NCBI GenBank assembly: GCA_029564465.1
Contig: JAKQPY010000096.1
Location: 15,025 to 79,024, forward strand
From: Bacteroidota bacterium
GTDB taxonomy: Bacteria > Bacteroidota > Bacteroidia > Bacteroidales > ML635J-15
Direction: 5' to 3'
DNA length: 64,000 bases
In this document: one piece after another, positions 1 through 9,168 of the stretch
How the letters are laid out: the number at the start of each line of letters is the position of its first letter
Numbering within the stretch: the stretch's first letter is position 1
Notes under the pieces: model-generated
The model's database searches: none
What the model was told of the DNA's origin: nothing
The model's input: the letters and a program-made list of their open reading frames with translations, nothing else
Made by a program: the position numbers and the translations under genes

Positions 1-549
1 TCCTTTCAGCGAGAATCCGTGAAAGTGCTTCCCCGAATGATTTTCGGAATCGATGCGATAGAGCATTTTAAACAATTCGAGGGTGGCCAGGGCGTCGCCT
101 TCGGCACGGTGACGGTTTTCGATGCGTATGTTGAGATTATCGCACAGCGTGCCCAGACTATAGGACCTGAAACCGGGAATAAGTTTGCGGCTCAGTTTTA
201 CAGTGCAGAGTTGATCGCGTTTATACCGATAACCTAATCGTTGAAACTCACTTTTCACAAAACCGTAATCGAAACCCACATTATGCGCCACAAAAATGGT
301 ATTCTCTGTAAGTTCAACCAGTTTTTTTGCAATTTCATAAAAACAGGGCGCACCTTCAACCATTTCGTTGCTTATACCGGTAAGGCTAACGATATAAGGT
401 GGAATGCGGCATTCGGGATTAATCAGGCTTGTAAACGATTCAATCAGTTTGTTGCCATCGGTTACCAACACGGCTATTTCGGTGATTTTATCCTGCGCAG
501 CACTGCCACCGGTGGTTTCGATGTCGATAACCGAATACAGTTGGGTCAT
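1..549 (-). CDS. DnaQ / Pol III epsilon-type 3'-5' exonuclease domain protein (3' part runs off the window)
   Basis: Own minus-strand translation from ATG at 549: MTQLYSVIDIETTGG (Exo I), FVAHNVGFDYGFV (Exo II), NRHRAEGDALAT (Exo III). It is absent from the ORF track because it is open at the window edge. Plus-strand ORFs 19-237 and 241-621 are shadows. Confidence 0.8.
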   Translation of the reverse strand, partial: MTQLYSVIDIETTGGSAAQDKITEIAVLVTDGNKLIESFTSLINPECRIPPYIVSLTGISNEMVEGAPCFYEIAKKLVELTENTIFVAHNVGFDYGFVKSEFQRLGYRYKRDQLCTVKLSRKLIPGFRSYSLGTLCDNLNIRIENRHRAEGDALATLELFKMLYRIDSENHSGKHFHGFSLKG

Positions 550-550
550 A

Positions 551-967
551 TCAGTTATGTCGTTTTTTTCCAGGTTTTCTTACCAACTCGACCACAACAT
601 ACGGCGGTTTTCGCATCATAATGGCAATAATTGCACCGGCAATTCCACCGGCAAAACCACTGGTAAGGCCATACGAGCCCAAAAGCTGAATTATCATATT
701 AACGACAAACAGAATACCCATAACTATCAGGCAAAGAACAAGGATTTTCTTCCAGTTGTAGCGAATAATTACTTCGGCATTGCAGTACATGCAAAATCGG
801 TTTTTTGAACCTTTTTGTTTTAAAAATATTTTGCGAAAAACACTCCCTTTACTATGACAATGTGGGCAATCCATAAAATGATCTGATAAGTCGGTTACAA
901 AAATAAGGAAAATATCTTTCTGTTGTGGTTTGCCATTTAATATAAGGGGCAGATCGTCATAAATCAA
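551..967 (-). CDS. hypothetical zinc-ribbon membrane protein
   Basis: 138-aa ORF. A CPHC...CMYC four-Cys ribbon is followed by two hydrophobic helices. Its TGA stop lies 1 nt before the exonuclease ATG (TGATATG), suggesting co-transcription. Confidence 0.5.
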   Translation of the reverse strand: MIYDDLPLILNGKPQQKDIFLIFVTDLSDHFMDCPHCHSKGSVFRKIFLKQKGSKNRFCMYCNAEVIIRYNWKKILVLCLIVMGILFVVNMIIQLLGSYGLTSGFAGGIAGAIIAIMMRKPPYVVVELVRKPGKKRHN

Positions 968-1141
968 TTACTTTATGTTAGCAAAAAATCAAGTATATGA
1001 ATAAAATAAGTTTTTTCATTCTAAATTATGAACACTTGAAATTAAATCAATTTGTCAATAAATCAGAATGTTACACTTTTAAATCACGCAACAATTAATA
1101 CTAATTTCTGTTGGCATATAAATTGATAAGCGTTACGGGTA

Positions 1142-1172
1142 TTTGTTTTGTAACATTAATTATTTATTTTTG
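1142..1172 (+). promoter_or_regulatory. Bacteroidota-type promoter (-33 TTTG / -7 TAnnTTTG) for the PrsW-like gene
   Basis: TTTG at 1142-1145, a 19-nt spacer, TATTTTTG at 1165-1172, 32 nt upstream of the ATG at 1204. Confidence 0.4.
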
Positions 1173-1203
1173 CTATCATTAGTAAACTTAAAAACCAAAA
1201 ACT

Positions 1204-2097
1204 ATGAAGTTTCTTACAAACAAAGGGTTCTTAGGAATCATCCTCTTAATCATCATCGGAGCCGTATGTACATGGCTTCTCGATGGCACCATCCTCAGCC
1301 TTACCGGTGGCTGGCAAATACTCTTCTCACTGGGTGTAACACTACTGCCCGGTTTGTTATGGTTGTGGTTCTTTTATATGCAGGATAAATACGAAAAAGA
1401 ACCGCCACAGATGCTCCTGGGTGTTTTCGCATTGGGTGCACTGGCAGCCTTTACCCTCAGCAAGCCTCTTACTGCTATGCTGACGCCCGAAGTTTCGGTT
1501 TTCGAACAAAGCCTGCTGACACAGTTTCTAAGTTCTTTCCTCGTAGTTGGCATGATACAGTTGCTGGTAATTTTCCTTGTAGTCAGATACAGTATTTATT
1601 TCAGCGATGAGTTCAACGAGCCTGCCGATGGTGTTATCTACTCGATAGCTGCCGGTTTAGGTTTCGCAGCGGCTTACAACATTACCTACCTCAATGGCCT
1701 CGAATCGATGAATATGGGCGTTGTGGTTACCCGTATCATTAACTTTTATCTGGTAATGGCGATTTTCTCAGGAATCATGGGATATTTCATTGGATTTGCC
1801 AAATTTTCGAAAAAAGGCAATTTCGGCAGAGAAATGTTTATGCTTATAGGATTATTAATTGCCACCTTTATTTTCGCAGTATATAATGTAATCGTTTCGA
1901 AAGTTCAGATTTTTGTTGAATTCTTCCAGAAGATATTCAACATCGAAACCGCTGCAGGCGAAAAATCATTTTCAGTTGGCGGGGAACTTGTCGTTTCTTC
2001 AATTGTTGTAATTATTATTTACATCATTATGTACTTCCTGCTCAACAAATCGGTGGAAGCTTCTCCTTTCAAGAATCAGGAAAACAAACCGGAATAA
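1204..2097 (+). CDS. PrsW-family-like polytopic membrane protein (catalytic motifs look degenerate)
   Basis: 297 aa with about 8 hydrophobic helices. PrsW-like landmarks are DKYEKEPPQMLL and EPADGVIYSIAAGLGFAAAYNITY. The expected EExxK reads MIQLLVI and GFAxxEN reads GFAAAYN. Confidence 0.5.
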   Translation: MKFLTNKGFLGIILLIIIGAVCTWLLDGTILSLTGGWQILFSLGVTLLPGLLWLWFFYMQDKYEKEPPQMLLGVFALGALAAFTLSKPLTAMLTPEVSVFEQSLLTQFLSSFLVVGMIQLLVIFLVVRYSIYFSDEFNEPADGVIYSIAAGLGFAAAYNITYLNGLESMNMGVVVTRIINFYLVMAIFSGIMGYFIGFAKFSKKGNFGREMFMLIGLLIATFIFAVYNVIVSKVQIFVEFFQKIFNIETAAGEKSFSVGGELVVSSIVVIIIYIIMYFLLNKSVEASPFKNQENKPE

Positions 2098-2131
2098 CCA
2101 GCTTAGTGTAAAACTTAAAAAAACAGAAACA

Positions 2132-2656
2132 ATGGAAAACAATAAATTATCCTATATTTCATGGACGGTGGTAATCGCCGCAATACTTATCTTTGCCGGC
2201 TGGTTTCTCACCCATGGTTCTAAAGCAAACCTGAAAACTTACCAGAACGAAAAAGTAAAAATCGAATTTGAATACAGTAAGGACTGGACCAATATGGTAA
2301 CCGACAAAGCCCTTGATAAGCTGGTTCAATTAAAAAACCCCAAGGCCTATATTCTCGTTAACAACCTGAGAATTTCTCCGATGGGTCTGAAATCTGGTCA
2401 ATCAGCCTACAATCGTCTCACGTTTGAATCATACGAAGAATTGGGAAGCGAAGCCCTCGAAATTGGAAAAACCGAAGGATTCAAAATCAGTTTTAAATTT
2501 GTGAACAACGGCGAATCGATGCAGGCTTGCGAAGTTCTCGTTCCGGTTTCCGATAAAGAAATGGCTGTTGTCGGATTCTATGCCCCCGCTGCCGAATTCG
2601 AAAACTACAAAGCCGAACTTGAAGATCTTGTGAAAAGTATCAGCATCAAAAACTAA
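2132..2656 (+). CDS. hypothetical membrane-anchored protein
   Basis: 174-aa ORF with one N-terminal TM helix (WTVVIAAILIFAGWFL). It sits 34 bp downstream of the previous gene. No motif recognised. Confidence 0.45.
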   Translation: MENNKLSYISWTVVIAAILIFAGWFLTHGSKANLKTYQNEKVKIEFEYSKDWTNMVTDKALDKLVQLKNPKAYILVNNLRISPMGLKSGQSAYNRLTFESYEELGSEALEIGKTEGFKISFKFVNNGESMQACEVLVPVSDKEMAVVGFYAPAAEFENYKAELEDLVKSISIKN

Positions 2657-2667
2657 ACAAATAACCT

Positions 2668-3924
2668 ATGAAAAAGCACATCATTTTTGGTCTGTTTGCA
2701 GCTGTAATGCTGCTGATGCAGTCGCAGACCTTCGCGCAAATCAACCCGGTTGCCATTTCGGACAACTATTACAAAGGAATCGTGAAAATCCTGCTTTTTG
2801 ACCCCGTTTTGGCTCAGGTTGATGAAGAATCCCTTGGCTATTTGGGTCGTGGTACCGGATTTTTTGTTACCACCGATGGTATAATATTCACCAACAGGCA
2901 TGTAATCGAACAATGTGTTTATGGATATGTAATGTACGAGAATAAAAAAGGCGAATACGATATCGAAACCTATTATAAAGGGATAGAGAAAGACGCCAAC
3001 GTAAAGTGCATTGCCTATAGCGGATACGCAATTCCAATTGTTCAGGTTTATCATGGCCGCGGACCAAACGATTACAAACTCTATCTGGCCGAAGTCCTCA
3101 CCCTGAGCGATGCCTACGATGGAGCTGTTATCAGAATTGTTTCCGATATGGATGGGAAAGCCGTAACAACACCCTTTACTGCTCTGCCGCTTGGAAACTC
3201 CGATTTGTGCAAGCAGGGTGAAGACCTGATTGTAATGGGTTATCCGGCTCAGTATTCAGGGAATTATGACCTCGCGCTTAAAGACATGATTACTTTTACC
3301 AAAGGGTATCATTCAGGTTGGGATTATGTGTTTAACCCCGACTACGGTTTCATAAAAACCGATGCAGCCATTAACGCAGGCAACAGTGGAGGACCCGTTT
3401 TTGGTAAAGACAATAAAGTAATTGGTATTGCCAGTGCAAAAGGTATTGCAACCAACATTGGTCTGGTGGGCGGAATTAATGGTATGTACTATGTTGTTGC
3501 GCCCAAAGCATCAATTTTTAAAGCCTTGGTAGCCAAAGGTCTGACACCGCCAAATAAGGCAGAAAATATAACCGTTACCACCGGGGAGCAAAAAGCAATG
3601 CCCGATTTTAAACTGTGCTCCGAATCGACTACAGCAGCAAAGAAAACTACTGTAACGGGTATTGTTAAAAGTGCTGATACCGGAAAACCTATTAAAAACG
3701 CAGTGGTTGGCTTGCTGATATACGATGCAGCAAAAGACGATTTTATCGTGGTAAGCGGAGGTTATTCGGGTGCTGATGGTAAATTTACAATGGATCCTGA
3801 GGTAACCCTCGATACCGACTATGGAATTGCCTGTATGGCCGATGGATATTCCGATTTGGTGGATGTAATTAAAATCACCAGTAACACCAATTATTTGACA
3901 GTAACACTCGCTCGCGCAAGATAA
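2668..3924 (+). CDS. secreted trypsin-like (S1/S1C) serine protease with C-terminal carboxypeptidase-regulatory-like beta-sandwich
   Basis: Signal peptide. Catalytic triad context is TNRHV ... DGAVIRI ... GNSGGPVFG. The C-terminal segment TVTGIVKSADTGKPIKNAVVGL...GADGKF resembles a CarboxypepD_reg domain. Confidence 0.8.
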   Translation: MKKHIIFGLFAAVMLLMQSQTFAQINPVAISDNYYKGIVKILLFDPVLAQVDEESLGYLGRGTGFFVTTDGIIFTNRHVIEQCVYGYVMYENKKGEYDIETYYKGIEKDANVKCIAYSGYAIPIVQVYHGRGPNDYKLYLAEVLTLSDAYDGAVIRIVSDMDGKAVTTPFTALPLGNSDLCKQGEDLIVMGYPAQYSGNYDLALKDMITFTKGYHSGWDYVFNPDYGFIKTDAAINAGNSGGPVFGKDNKVIGIASAKGIATNIGLVGGINGMYYVVAPKASIFKALVAKGLTPPNKAENITVTTGEQKAMPDFKLCSESTTAAKKTTVTGIVKSADTGKPIKNAVVGLLIYDAAKDDFIVVSGGYSGADGKFTMDPEVTLDTDYGIACMADGYSDLVDVIKITSNTNYLTVTLARAR

Positions 3925-3945
3925 AGACATCAATTTATCTGTTAG

Positions 3946-3980
3946 AAAAAAGACTTGCTGCGGTGAGTCTTTTTTCTTTT
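3946..3980 (+). terminator. rho-independent terminator after the protease gene
   Basis: AAAAAGACT (3946-3955) pairs with AGTCTTTTT (3966-3974), followed by a T-run. It overlaps the GTG start at 3963 proposed by the ORF track. Confidence 0.6.
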
Positions 3981-4025
3981 ATGTATCACTGTTTTTCGTT
4001 AATTTTACGGCAAAAGCTTCAGAAT

Positions 4026-5768
4026 ATGATAACACAAGATTTGCAAAAAATGGTAATCGAAAAAGTCCGAATGTGGCTTAACGATAATATAGACAACGAA
4101 ACGGCCTCCGAAATACGTAATTTAATCGAAGCAAACGACGAAAGCCTCATTGAAGCTTTCTATAAGGATCTTGAGTTTGGCACAGGCGGACTCAGGGGAA
4201 TTATGGGTGTCGGCTCGAATCGAATGAATCGGTATACCGTGGGAATGGCCACTCAGGGTCTTGCAAATTACCTGAACAGGGTTTTTATTGAATCTGAAAA
4301 ATCGGTTGCTATTGCCTACGATTGCCGGAATAATAGCCGTTTCTTTGCGGAGACTGCTGCAGCTGTGTTATCGGCCAACGGGATAAAAGTTTATTTGTTT
4401 GATGCCTTGCGTCCCACTCCCGAGCTTTCGTTTGCAGTACGATATCTTAAATGCAAAAGTGGTATTGTAGTAACTGCCTCTCATAATCCGAAAGAATATA
4501 ACGGGTATAAAGTGTATTGGGAAGATGGGGCTCAGATTGTTGCGCCCCACGATACCAATATTATTGCAGAAGTCAGAAAAATTACCCGTATTTCGGATGT
4601 TCGTTTCGAGGCCAACCCAATCCTGATTAAAAGCATTGGCAGCGAAATTGATGCTGTGTATATCGAAAAAGTTAAAGCATTAAGCGTAAACCCCGGTGTT
4701 ATCAAAAAACAGTCTGATATTCCCATTGTATACACTCCCATTCATGGCTCGGGTGTTACACTCGTTCCTATGGCACTCAAGGCTTTTGGATTTACTAATA
4801 TCCACTGTGTTGAGGAGCAGACCGTGGTAGATGGTAATTTCCCTACAGTTCATTCACCCAATCCTGAAGAGGCTGCAGCACTCGATATGGCGCTGCAACT
4901 TGCAAAAAAAGTTAATGCTGAATTGGTGCTGGGAACCGATCCTGATACTGATCGTGTAGGAGTAATTGCCCGCAACGACACGGGGGATTACGTATTGTTA
5001 AACGGGAATCAGTCAGCGAGTATTCTAATCTGGTATTTACTCAGTCAATGGAAAAGATTGGGTAAAATCACCGGTAACGAATATATTGTAAAAACCATTG
5101 TAACGACCGATTTGTTATCGGAAATGGCAACAAAACATAATGTTAAAAGTTACGATGTGTTGACTGGATTTAAATATATTGCCGAAATAATCAGAAACCT
5201 CGAAGGCAAGGCTCAGTTTATTGGTGGAGGCGAGGAAAGCTACGGATATTTAGCCGGTGACTTTGTTCGCGATAAAGATGCTGTAATTGCCTGTGCTTTA
5301 TTGGCTGAAGCCACAGCCTGGGCAAAAGAAAACGGAAAAACACTGACCCGTTTACTCGGTGAAATTTATCTGGAATATGGTTTTTACAAAGAAAAAATGA
5401 TTTCGCTGACAAAAAAAGGAAAATCAGGTGCTGAAGAGATTTCGCAGATGATGGAAAAATTCCGGCATCAGCCCCCTGAATCGATTGCAGGTATCGACGT
5501 TACAGTGATTCACGATTATTCAAAACAAGTGAGTTTCGATATGATCAGTCAACTGCGCTATTCAATAAATCTGCCCAAGTCGGATGTGTTGCAATTTGAA
5601 CTTAAAAACGGGTCGAAAATCACCGTACGTCCTTCGGGAACCGAGCCAAAAATCAAGTTTTATTTCAGCGTAAAGGGCATATTACAACACATAGATGATT
5701 ACGAAAATACCGATCTTGTGCTGAATGAACTCATCGAAACAATGAAAAACGAAATTTTCGGAATATGA
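4026..5768 (+). CDS. phosphoglucomutase / phosphomannomutase family (alpha-D-phosphohexomutase)
   Basis: Phosphoserine loop [15 protein letters not shown] and Mg loop GTDPDTDR. The ATG at 4026 was chosen because the upstream extension overlaps a terminator hairpin. Confidence 0.85.
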   Translation: MITQDLQKMVIEKVRMWLNDNIDNETASEIRNLIEANDESLIEAFYKDLEFGTGGLRGIMGVGSNRMNRYTVGMATQGLANYLNRVFIESEKSVAIAYDCRNNSRFFAETAAAVLSANGIKVYLFDALRPTPELSFAVRYLKCKSGIVVTASHNPKEYNGYKVYWEDGAQIVAPHDTNIIAEVRKITRISDVRFEANPILIKSIGSEIDAVYIEKVKALSVNPGVIKKQSDIPIVYTPIHGSGVTLVPMALKAFGFTNIHCVEEQTVVDGNFPTVHSPNPEEAAALDMALQLAKKVNAELVLGTDPDTDRVGVIARNDTGDYVLLNGNQSASILIWYLLSQWKRLGKITGNEYIVKTIVTTDLLSEMATKHNVKSYDVLTGFKYIAEIIRNLEGKAQFIGGGEESYGYLAGDFVRDKDAVIACALLAEATAWAKENGKTLTRLLGEIYLEYGFYKEKMISLTKKGKSGAEEISQMMEKFRHQPPESIAGIDVTVIHDYSKQVSFDMISQLRYSINLPKSDVLQFELKNGSKITVRPSGTEPKIKFYFSVKGILQHIDDYENTDLVLNELIETMKNEIFGI

Positions 5769-6181
5769 AAAGCTATCGTAAAGAACTCTGGTTCTCGACC
5801 GAAAGCCGGCGAAAATTGGTTAATATTACCCCTGAGGTGACAAAATGCCTGCACGAAAGTGGCATCAGCGAAGGCTTATGTTTGGTTAATGCCATGCATA
5901 TAACCGCCAGTGTTTTTATAAACGATGATGAAGCGGGACTGCATCACGATTATGAAATATGGCTCGAAAAGCTGGCTCCCGAAAAACCGCATTCTCAGTA
6001 TCGTCACAATGGGTTCGAAGATAATGCCGATGCACACCTGAAACGGACTGTGATGGGCCGCGAGGTGGTTGTGGCTGTCACCAACGGGAAACTCGATTTC
6101 GGACCCTGGGAACAAATATTTTATGGCGAATTCGACGGAATGCGTAAGAAACGTGTGTTGGTGAAAATAATCGGAGAATAA
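5765..6181 (+). CDS. YjbQ/UPF0047 family protein (secondary thiamine-phosphate synthase-like)
   Basis: 138 aa. The N-terminus and the [12 protein letters not shown]...HLKRTVMG pattern are typical of YjbQ. There is a 4-nt overlap with the upstream gene. Confidence 0.75.
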   Translation: MKSYRKELWFSTESRRKLVNITPEVTKCLHESGISEGLCLVNAMHITASVFINDDEAGLHHDYEIWLEKLAPEKPHSQYRHNGFEDNADAHLKRTVMGREVVVAVTNGKLDFGPWEQIFYGEFDGMRKKRVLVKIIGE

Positions 6182-6192
6182 TCGAATTCCAA

Positions 6193-7617
6193 CTACTTTT
6201 TTGTGTCGAGATATTGCAGGTATCTGACAATATCAACAGGTTTAACATCTTTGGCGACAATCCGTTTTTGGCTGTCTAATATAAACAGACGCGGGGTTCG
6301 GTTGGTTCCGTAATACTTATAAAACTCGCATACTCCATCCGGGTCCCATGCATTTATCCAATACAGTTTGTTATCAGTAATATATTTTTCCCATTCACTT
6401 TTGTTGCGTTGAATATTGATAGCGATAAGTTCGGACCCCATTTTACGGATTTCTTCATATTTTGAATGTAACACGGGAGTCAGTTCATCGCACAAACTGC
6501 AGCCTGGTTCCCAAAACCATAATATCAGATACTTTGTACTTATCTCATTTGTATTGATATAATCGCCGTCGAGTTTCTTTAGTTTCAGGTTTTGAGCCTG
6601 CATGCCGAGCAAATTATACTGCATTTCGTCGCGCCGTTCTTTAATGAGGCTTACTGCCTTGTCGTCAGCCCAAGTCAGCTTTTTGTTGATAAAATAGTTA
6701 TCTGCCAGATACACAAATACAGCATCCATTCCAATAACTGAAGGTGTTTCGTAGTGATCGACGAGATAGCTGACAATATATTTTTCAAACTCAATGTTCG
6801 CAGATGCTTTGGTTATCAGGGCATCTACATCTTTATACACATTTTCGATGCTATCAACCCGTGTGCTTAGAAAAAATTTACAATACTCCTGCAACATGCG
6901 GTGAAAAATGAATTCAGGGGTACGCAGCAGCCTCTCATCGGTGAAATCAACAGCATCAAAATAATGGTCTTTGTAATAGTAATAATATTTCGCCGGGTCT
7001 TCGGTCTGCCACTGCAGTACATAAGTTGGAAATTCCGGAGGTAACATCAGATCGAGAATTTTCGACAGATAACTATTTCCGGCAATGCTTTTATAATATT
7101 TATATACGATAATTCGCCGGTTTTTCAGGCTGTCCTCTTCACGCTTAATATCTTCCGGCATTGCCTGACCTGAGTTTTTGAAGTATTGCTTTTTAATATC
7201 GAGTTGTGATGAAGCCAGATTAATTGAGGCAATATCGCGTTGTAAATCAAAGAATAAATCGGGTTTATCGGTACCACTCATCTTTAAATCTGCCACCAGA
7301 TTGTTTAAGTTAGTCGTCATCGAAAACTGCTGATCATCAAGCAATAAAAAGTCAAAACGGGTTTTAGGAGGAATTACAATAAAATATACTCCCTGGGGTA
7401 ATGTAGTTTTACCTTCGAACACGGCGTAGCCTTTATCATTGGTTTGTACCGTATCGATTACAAGAAATTCCGGACCATAATGTGCCCCAAGGTATAACAA
7501 ACCTCCCGGGTGTCCGGACACCGTAACCTCGATACGGTATGCAAAAACCGATGTTAATCCGCTAAATACTATAAAGACGAAAACCAGGAAGGTTTTTACC
7601 GTTCGAAATGGTTTCAT
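6193..7617 (-). CDS. TlpA/AhpC-like thioredoxin-fold protein with N-terminal beta-sandwich and helical domains
   Basis: Signal peptide. The C-terminal thioredoxin fold carries WFWEPGCSLCDE (CxxC). It is a paralog of the next gene. Confidence 0.7.
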   Translation of the reverse strand: MKPFRTVKTFLVFVFIVFSGLTSVFAYRIEVTVSGHPGGLLYLGAHYGPEFLVIDTVQTNDKGYAVFEGKTTLPQGVYFIVIPPKTRFDFLLLDDQQFSMTTNLNNLVADLKMSGTDKPDLFFDLQRDIASINLASSQLDIKKQYFKNSGQAMPEDIKREEDSLKNRRIIVYKYYKSIAGNSYLSKILDLMLPPEFPTYVLQWQTEDPAKYYYYYKDHYFDAVDFTDERLLRTPEFIFHRMLQEYCKFFLSTRVDSIENVYKDVDALITKASANIEFEKYIVSYLVDHYETPSVIGMDAVFVYLADNYFINKKLTWADDKAVSLIKERRDEMQYNLLGMQAQNLKLKKLDGDYINTNEISTKYLILWFWEPGCSLCDELTPVLHSKYEEIRKMGSELIAINIQRNKSEWEKYITDNKLYWINAWDPDGVCEFYKYYGTNRTPRLFILDSQKRIVAKDVKPVDIVRYLQYLDTKK

Positions 7618-7628
7618 TGCTAAAATTG

Positions 7629-9074
7629 TTATGGTTTACCCATTTTCTCTTTCCGTTGTTTATCGAACCTTATAAAGTCAGCCAGATTTTCGATGTTGAT
7701 TCGTTTGGCGACGATGCGTTTATCCTTATCGAGAACGAAAACTACCGGTGTTGAATAGATATCGTAGAAGTTACGGAAGTTTGAATGAGGATATGGTCCG
7801 TCCCAGACATTATACCAACCATTGGTAATCAAGTCTTTTTCGTTTATAAAATCAATCCATTTATCTTTTTCATATTGGGTATAAACTAAAAATACTTTTA
7901 CGCCCATCGTTGCGAGTGTATCCTTAAATTTTGAATATAATTCGGGAACTTCCTTTTTGCAATGCCCGCAATCGGGTTCAAAAAATACCAAAATGGTGTA
8001 TTCGGCTTCTACGGCATGCAGCGACATAAATGTTCCATCGTGGCACTCCATTTTTTTCAGGTCAGGAGCGATATTCCCGATAATATTTGGTGAAATCTTT
8101 ACTACCCTTTCGGTAAGTTTAGCCATAAAAGTACTATCACCCCAATATGTTTTCCCGCTAAGGTACCATTGTTCGGCAATATGAACAAAAACTTCGTCGA
8201 ACCCCATAATTTTAGAGGTCTCAAAATAATTGAGTAAATGGGCGGCAACAAAACGGAACATCAGAGAATCGCCCTGGTAAGCCATTTGTATTACACGGTC
8301 TGATTCCACTTTCATTGAATCGGGGGATGGAATTACCACTTTTTCGAAAAAATAATTGAGTTTTCCCTGAAAAATCGGAGTACGCAGCAGGCCATCTTCT
8401 TTGAAATCGATATTATCGAAATAGTGTTGTTTATAATATCGCCACTGAAAAGTACTGTCAGTAATATTCCCCTTATCGTCGCGGGGCGGTTCGGGCACAT
8501 CAACTTCAACCATTGAATTCAGCACCTTTGCCCAAAAAGTCTGTTTATTGTTTTTAATCATATTCAAAATATACTCATGCCTTTCGGTGTTAACCGCAGC
8601 AATTCTGTCATTAATATTTTTCACAGAATCCGGATTGTCGGCATATTTAGTCTTTGCATCATTCAGTGCCATGTGTTTTGCCTGAAGCTCGCTCATCTTT
8701 CGCTGATAATCGTTGAATAGCTTGTTTTCGAGTGAGCCTTTCACTTTCATATTAGTAACCAGGTTTGCCACATCGGTTTCAACCGAAAACTTCTGCTCGT
8801 TTCCCACGATGATTTCGAAATAGGTCATGTTCTGACTCGGCATAACGACAATGTAAATGCCCTTCTTTAATGCCTCTGCCCCTGAAAAAGTGCAGTTCCC
8901 TTTCGAATCGACCTTTGATGTGTCGACAACATATTTTTTATCGCCGAAATGATGTCCGAGATACATCACCGTGTCGGCAACACCATTTACTTTCACTTTA
9001 ATTTCGTAACCCTGGGCCACAACCGAGCCCACGAAAACAATACAAGCAAAAATCAAAACAACAATCTTATTCAT
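7629..9074 (-). CDS. TlpA/AhpC-like thioredoxin-fold protein (tandem paralog)
   Basis: Signal peptide. VFFEPDCGHCKKE (CGHC) in a C-terminal thioredoxin fold. The N-terminal region aligns by eye with 6193-7617. Confidence 0.7.
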   Translation of the reverse strand: MNKIVVLIFACIVFVGSVVAQGYEIKVKVNGVADTVMYLGHHFGDKKYVVDTSKVDSKGNCTFSGAEALKKGIYIVVMPSQNMTYFEIIVGNEQKFSVETDVANLVTNMKVKGSLENKLFNDYQRKMSELQAKHMALNDAKTKYADNPDSVKNINDRIAAVNTERHEYILNMIKNNKQTFWAKVLNSMVEVDVPEPPRDDKGNITDSTFQWRYYKQHYFDNIDFKEDGLLRTPIFQGKLNYFFEKVVIPSPDSMKVESDRVIQMAYQGDSLMFRFVAAHLLNYFETSKIMGFDEVFVHIAEQWYLSGKTYWGDSTFMAKLTERVVKISPNIIGNIAPDLKKMECHDGTFMSLHAVEAEYTILVFFEPDCGHCKKEVPELYSKFKDTLATMGVKVFLVYTQYEKDKWIDFINEKDLITNGWYNVWDGPYPHSNFRNFYDIYSTPVVFVLDKDKRIVAKRINIENLADFIRFDKQRKEKMGKP

Positions 9075-9168
9075 AACTTACAATTGCTTTAAAGTGTAAA
9101 AACCCATGACGTTAAAATAACAAAAAAGATAGCTAAAAGTCTGTTAAAATTTTTCAAAATTTATGCCA

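Noticed and set aside
19-808. Plus-strand ORFs 19-237, 241-621 and 404-808 from the ORF track
   Set aside because: The opposite strand encodes a DnaQ-type exonuclease with all three Exo motifs and a zinc-ribbon membrane protein. The plus-strand translations are low-complexity with no motifs, so they are shadow ORFs.
3963-4025. N-terminal extension of the phosphoglucomutase ORF (GTG start at 3963)
   Set aside because: The extension starts inside the terminator hairpin of the upstream gene and encodes MSLFSFMYHCFSLILRQ..., which is not part of the family. The ATG at 4026 is used instead.
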